The notes beneath the pieces are model-generated. The model was not told the DNA's origin. It made no database searches and saw only the letters and a program-made list of their open reading frames with translations. The position numbers and the translations under genes were made by a program. From contig NC_043003.1 in the NCBI RefSeq assembly GCF_006345805.1, forward strand, positions 67,456,001 through 67,520,000: a stretch of DNA of 64,000 bases, read 5' to 3'. Below, one piece after another: positions 62,966 to 64,000 of this stretch. Source of the DNA: Octopus sinensis. Its lineage: Eukaryota. Every line of letters begins with the position of its first letter. Within the stretch, counting starts at the first letter, position 1.

Positions 62966-63645
62966 TTGTTCTTCGTATTGATGTTTGCTCGAATGTAAAT
63001 GAGAAACATTTTCGTATGTCTTGATGCTTTTGGAATACTTAAGCTAATTTCATTTTTTAGCGCACAAAGCTGTAGCAGAAATTTCAAGAGAATTTCATCT
63101 GATAATCCAGTACTCTGCCCTGTAATGGAAAATATTTCTCAATTCTGGAAATATAAAGAACGAAGTTGACGTCATCTGGAATACACTCAGATGGAGAGAA
63201 GACGAAACACCGACAAAATTCGCAAATATTTATTGGGCATCTCTATATTCAGTAGGTTAAAACCCATTTACATACAGAGAATGTAGGGAATAATTATTGC
63301 CACATATAATTGGAGGTGATAATATAATGAATCTAGAAGTGGGCTTGTGGTAAGTAAATAAAAAGAAATTAAAAATAGTCTACGACTGAAATAATTGTGA
63401 TAATTTCGATACTTGTGTAAAAACACGCTGGTCATGTTTCAGTATCTTATGAAAACCATACTTTGCGAAATGTAGACATCAACGTAATCACATATGAAAT
63501 CTTAGCACGATCATTAATTCAATGCATAATAAATTACACTGGAAGCCATAGAAAAGGAGAAATAAATAGCGTAGACATTTCACTGCTTATTTTTTAATTT
63601 TGTATACATACATACATACATACATACACACACACACATACACAT

Positions 63646-63682
<37 letters not shown>

Positions 63683-64000
63683 ACAGCTTCATTCATATAG
63701 TTATCCAATATGTCTGTCGCATTTTGTCTACGTGCGTTGTAATGCAAACTAAAAATGATCAATAATTTTATGTCTTTGGCAAAATCCTCATTTATGTGAC
63801 TACAATATATTATTTTGTAAACTAGAATTTAGTATGTGTGAGTCTGTGTTTATTTACCTATAAAAGGGCATAATCGTTCATGTGTTTTCCAATATAAATC
63901 AACCATATTCTATCTATGTGATAAAAGTAACATTAAAAAATGATCAATAATTCTATAACTATAGTAAAAACCACTTAAATTAGTTCAGTAAATTTTTGTG

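Overview
AT-rich, microsatellite-dense eukaryotic non-coding DNA. The SINE set and the (AT)n/(AC)n/(ATAC)n/(AAT)n load suggest an octopus (coleoid cephalopod) genome; this is an inference. I recognise no host protein-coding gene. Almost all ORFs in the track are microsatellite translations, antisense SINE read-through or retroelement remnants. Supported content: (i) many tRNA-headed SINE copies in at least three families, labelled A, B and C locally, three of them with clean target-site duplications; (ii) two near full-length degenerate Penelope-like elements (PLE; RT + GIY-YIG; 16.6-18.5 kb and 34.3-36.7 kb, both minus strand) plus several PLE fragments; (iii) R4/Dong-type (RLE) and RTE-type LINE 3' remnants, an (AAT)n-tailed non-coding repeat and a hAT-like MITE. 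Two signals were found only by reading the sequence. First, a set of sequence-diverse type I hammerhead ribozyme (HHR) motifs: five have intact CUGANGA/GAAA/NUH cores (431+, 1196-, 31982+, 32635+, 51731+), there is a repeated CUGUAGA core variant, and several copies are decayed. Second, recurrent fold-back palindromes of 100-420 bp, some built from inverted HHR-bearing units and some centred on (AT)n. All folds were paired by eye; none was computed or tested.
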